A DNA stretch of 61,582 nucleotides from Pseudomonadota bacterium. GTDB taxonomy: Bacteria; Pseudomonadota; Gammaproteobacteria; Burkholderiales; Burkholderiaceae_D. The stretch is from positions 1-61,582 of the forward strand of contig JARXKM010000002.1 in NCBI GenBank assembly GCA_030272785.1, read 5' to 3'. Positions 58,604-61,582 of this stretch are shown in pieces (within the stretch, counting starts at the first letter, position 1; each line of letters starts with the position of its first letter). The notes below the pieces were generated by a model. It was given only the letters and a program-made list of their open reading frames with translations, was not told where the DNA came from and did no database searches. Made by a program: the position numbers and the translations under genes.

Positions 58604-59244
58604 GCAGGTTCAAGGCAGTCATCTTCGATCTCGACGGCGTCATCACCGACACCGCCCACTACCATTTCCTGGCCTGGAAGCGGCTGGCCGCGGCGCAGGG
58701 CGTCGACTTCGACCTGGCCTTCAACGAGCAGCTCAAGGGAGTCGACCGCATGGGGTCGCTCGAACTGATCCTGGGCGCCACCGCGCAGCACTATTCGCCG
58801 CAGCAGAAGCTGGCGCTGGCCGACGCCAAGAACCGCCATTACCAGCAGCTGATCGCCACCATGTCGGCGTGCGACCTGCTGCCCGGCGCCGTCGCCGCGC
58901 TCGACGCGGTGCGCGCCGCCGGCCTGAAGATCGGCCTCGCCTCGGTCAGCAAGAATGCCTTTGCGGTACTCGAGATGCTCGGCATCCGCGACCGCTTCGA
59001 CGACGTCGTCGACGCCGCGACGCTGGCCAACAGCAAGCCGCATCCGGAGATCTTCCTCACCGCCGCGCACCACCTCGGCGTCGCGCCGCAAGACTGCCTC
59101 GGGGTCGAGGACGCGGTGGCCGGCGTGGCATCGATCAAGGCGGCCGGCATGGTCGCGCTGGGCATCGGCGATCCGCACATCCTGCGCGCGGCCGACCGCG
59201 TGATCCCCGGCCTCGACCATTTCAGGCTGGACGACTATCGATGA
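58600..59244 (+). CDS. pgmB: Beta-phosphoglucomutase
   Basis: FDLDGVITDTA HAD motif, LKGVDR, SKNA, KPHPEIF, VEDA; ATGA overlap with GH65. Confidence 0.93.
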   Translation: MSRFKAVIFDLDGVITDTAHYHFLAWKRLAAAQGVDFDLAFNEQLKGVDRMGSLELILGATAQHYSPQQKLALADAKNRHYQQLIATMSACDLLPGAVAALDAVRAAGLKIGLASVSKNAFAVLEMLGIRDRFDDVVDAATLANSKPHPEIFLTAAHHLGVAPQDCLGVEDAVAGVASIKAAGMVALGIGDPHILRAADRVIPGLDHFRLDDYR

Positions 59245-59304
59245 CCTGAGCGTGACTGACCATCGACCGGACCTGCGCACATAAAACCAATCATTGGAGA
59301 CAGC

Positions 59305-60561
59305 GTGAAAAACCAACGCATCATCATTGCCCTATTCCTCATCTACTTCGTGTTCGCGATTCTGCTCAACAGCGTCGGCACCGTCATCTTGCAGGTGATC
59401 GGCAACTACAACGTGAGCAAGTCGAGCGCCAGCGTGCTCGAAGGCTTCAAGGACCTGCCGATCGCCATCGTGTCGTTCCTGGTGGCGTCGTTTTTGCCGC
59501 GCATCGGCTACAAGAACGCCATGCTGGTGGCACTGGCGATCGTCGGCGGCGCCAGCGTCGCCATGCCGCTGCTGCCCAGTTTTCTGACCACCAAGCTGCT
59601 GTTCATGTGCGTCGGCATCGCCTTCGCGCTGGTGAAGGTATCGGTCTACTCGACGCTCGGCCTGATCGCCACCGACCGCCGCCATCACGCCGGCATCATG
59701 AATTCGCTGGAAGGGTTCTTCATGCTCGGCGTGCTCAGCGCGTACTGGGTGTTCGGCCATTTCATCGACTCGGCCCATCCCGCCTCGCAAAGCTGGCTGC
59801 AGGTGTACTGGCTGCTGGCGGGCCTGTGCGCGCTGACCTTCGTGCTTTTGCTGAGCACCCCGTTCGACGAGCGTGCCGCCCAGCTGCCGGCGGGGCGCAG
59901 CCGCTGGGACGATTTTCTCGCCATGCTGCGCCTGTTCTTCAAGCCGCTGGTGTGCGTGTTCGTCATCACCGCCTTCCTGTATGTGCTGATCGAGCAGAGC
60001 GTCGGCACCTGGCTGCCGACCTTCAACAACGAGATCCTCAAGCTGCCGGCGGCGATGAGCGTGGAAGTGACCAGCATCTTCGCCGGCTGCCTGGCGCTGG
60101 GGCGCCTGTCGGCGGGCGTGCTGTTGCGCCGCCTGAACTGGTTCCCGGTGATGCTGGCCTGCGTGATCGGCATGGGCGCGACGGTGCTGCTGGCGCTGCC
60201 GCTGACCCGCGACGTCGTCGCCGATCCGCACATCGGCTGGTCGACGGCGCCGCTGGCGACCTTCCTGTTTCCGCTGATCGGGCTGTTCATGGCGCCGATC
60301 TACCCGGCCATCAATTCCGTCATGCTCAGTTCACTGCCGCAGAACCAGCACTCGTCGATGACCGGGCTGCTGGTGATCTTCTCGGCGCTGGGCGGCACCA
60401 CCGGGTCGCTGATCACCGGTTACGTGTTCGGCAATTTCAACGGCCACTTCGCGTTTTACCTGACCTTGGTGCCGATCACGCTGCTGCTGGCGATGCTGGT
60501 GTTTTTCAAGCGTCAGGTCGAACGGGCCGCGGCGCCTTGTCATACTGCGGCGCCATGTTGA
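59305..60561 (+). CDS. MFS sugar transporter
   Basis: About 12 TM segments, LEGFKDLPIA, YVLIEQ..WLPTFN. Confidence 0.88.
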   Translation: MKNQRIIIALFLIYFVFAILLNSVGTVILQVIGNYNVSKSSASVLEGFKDLPIAIVSFLVASFLPRIGYKNAMLVALAIVGGASVAMPLLPSFLTTKLLFMCVGIAFALVKVSVYSTLGLIATDRRHHAGIMNSLEGFFMLGVLSAYWVFGHFIDSAHPASQSWLQVYWLLAGLCALTFVLLLSTPFDERAAQLPAGRSRWDDFLAMLRLFFKPLVCVFVITAFLYVLIEQSVGTWLPTFNNEILKLPAAMSVEVTSIFAGCLALGRLSAGVLLRRLNWFPVMLACVIGMGATVLLALPLTRDVVADPHIGWSTAPLATFLFPLIGLFMAPIYPAINSVMLSSLPQNQHSSMTGLLVIFSALGGTTGSLITGYVFGNFNGHFAFYLTLVPITLLLAMLVFFKRQVERAAAPCHTAAPC

Positions 60562-60582
60562 GCTGCTTGCGATGAACCCGCC

Positions 60583-61582
60583 ATGAACCTGAAAAGCCTC
60601 GCGCTGAAGTTGGGGATGTCGAAGACCACCGTCAGCCGCGCCCTGAACGGCTACCCGGAGGTCAGCGAGGCGACGCGCGAACGCGTGCTGGCGGCGGCGC
60701 GCGATGCCGGCTACGAAGCCAATCCGATGGCGCGCAGCCTGGCGGTCGGGCGCACCAATGTGTTCGGCATCATCTATCCGCTGTTGCCAAGCGACCTGGG
60801 CGACCCGATGTTCCTCGGCGTGGTCGCCGGCATGTCGGCGGCGCTCGAACAGCGCGGCATGAACCTGATCATCGCGCCCGTCTCGCCGCACAACGAACTG
60901 CCGTCGTACCAGCAGATGGTGCGCGGGCGGCGCGTCGATGGCCTGGTGGTGAGCCGCACGCTGGTGCGTGACGAACGCATCGCCTACCTGCTGGCGCAAG
61001 GCTTCCCGTTCGTCGCCCACGGCCGCACCGCGCTCGAGCAACCGTATGCCTGGTTCGACTACGACAACGCCGCCGGCATCGCGCTGGCGCTGGACTGCCT
61101 GCTGGCGCACGGCCACCGCCACATCGCGCTGCTGAGCGCACCGCTCGAGCTCAATTTCGCCCGCCAACGCAAGGACAGTTTCGTCGCCACCCTGGGCCGC
61201 GTCGGCCTGGCCGCCGACCCGCGCTACCTGGTCGAGAACACGCTGGACCGGCGCAGCGGCTACCAGGCGATGCAGCAACTGCTGGCGTGCGCGCCGCGCC
61301 CGAGCGCCGTCATCGTCGACAATCACCTGTCGGGCGTGGGTGCGGTGCGCGCGCTGATGGACGCCGGCATCGTCATCGGCGAGGAGATGTCGGTGATCGT
61401 GTGGGGCGCCATGGAAGGCAGCCTGGTCGAACTCGACGTGACGACCATCGACCAGCCCGACCCGGCCGGCGCCGGCGCGAAGATGATCGAGATGTTGGCG
61501 GCGCTGATCGGCGGCACCCCGGCGCTCGAGCTGCAGGTGCTGTGGCAGCCGGTGCTGCTGCCCGGCGCCACGGTGGGGCGTG
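60583..61582 (+). CDS. LacI family transcriptional regulator (runs off the window edge)
   Basis: Absent from the ORF track; read by hand: MNLKSLALKLGMSKTTVSRALNGYPEVSEATRERV...ARSLAVGR...DYDNAAG...GHRHIA. Confidence 0.9.
   Translation, partial: MNLKSLALKLGMSKTTVSRALNGYPEVSEATRERVLAAARDAGYEANPMARSLAVGRTNVFGIIYPLLPSDLGDPMFLGVVAGMSAALEQRGMNLIIAPVSPHNELPSYQQMVRGRRVDGLVVSRTLVRDERIAYLLAQGFPFVAHGRTALEQPYAWFDYDNAAGIALALDCLLAHGHRHIALLSAPLELNFARQRKDSFVATLGRVGLAADPRYLVENTLDRRSGYQAMQQLLACAPRPSAVIVDNHLSGVGAVRALMDAGIVIGEEMSVIVWGAMEGSLVELDVTTIDQPDPAGAGAKMIEMLAALIGGTPALELQVLWQPVLLPGATVGR

Noticed and set aside
56479-59244. 921-aa ORF suggesting a large PgmB fusion
   Set aside because: Only the last 214 aa are PgmB, with an AGGAG RBS and ATGA start at 58600; the rest is an alternate frame of the GH65 gene

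Overview
High-GC betaproteobacterial DNA (Massilia/Oxalobacteraceae-like by gene content; an inference). About 50 kb (2460-49994) is a large exosortase A (XrtA)/PEP-CTERM exopolysaccharide locus. It holds TviB/TviC-like sugar enzymes, a priming transferase, PrsK/PrsR, glycosyltransferases, two deacetylases, two AsnB-like proteins, a FemAB-like protein, Wzz/BY-kinase/Wza export genes, xrtA, prsT and one PEP-CTERM protein. Three poorly understood modules are embedded in it. (i) A sigma54/enhancer-driven operon encodes a Tat-like secreted Asn/Gly-rich protein, a PqqD/RRE chaperone, an HprK-related kinase and a nucleotidyltransferase (candidate RiPP-like protein-modification system). (ii) A FeeM-type N-acyl amino acid synthase converges on a p-cresol-methylhydroxylase-type flavoenzyme (candidate N-acyl tyrosine/enamide pathway). 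(iii) An ACP, AMP-ligase, PLP decarboxylase and two atypical alpha/beta-hydrolases form a candidate acyl-transfer pathway. The right end is an alpha-glucoside utilisation locus (TonB receptor, GH65 phosphorylase, beta-PGM, glucokinase, MFS, two LacI regulators). The left end carries a Tat lipoprotein coupled to a truncated gene that the ORF track missed. No rRNA, tRNA, CRISPR array or mobile element was seen. Family assignments come from motif recognition, not database searches.
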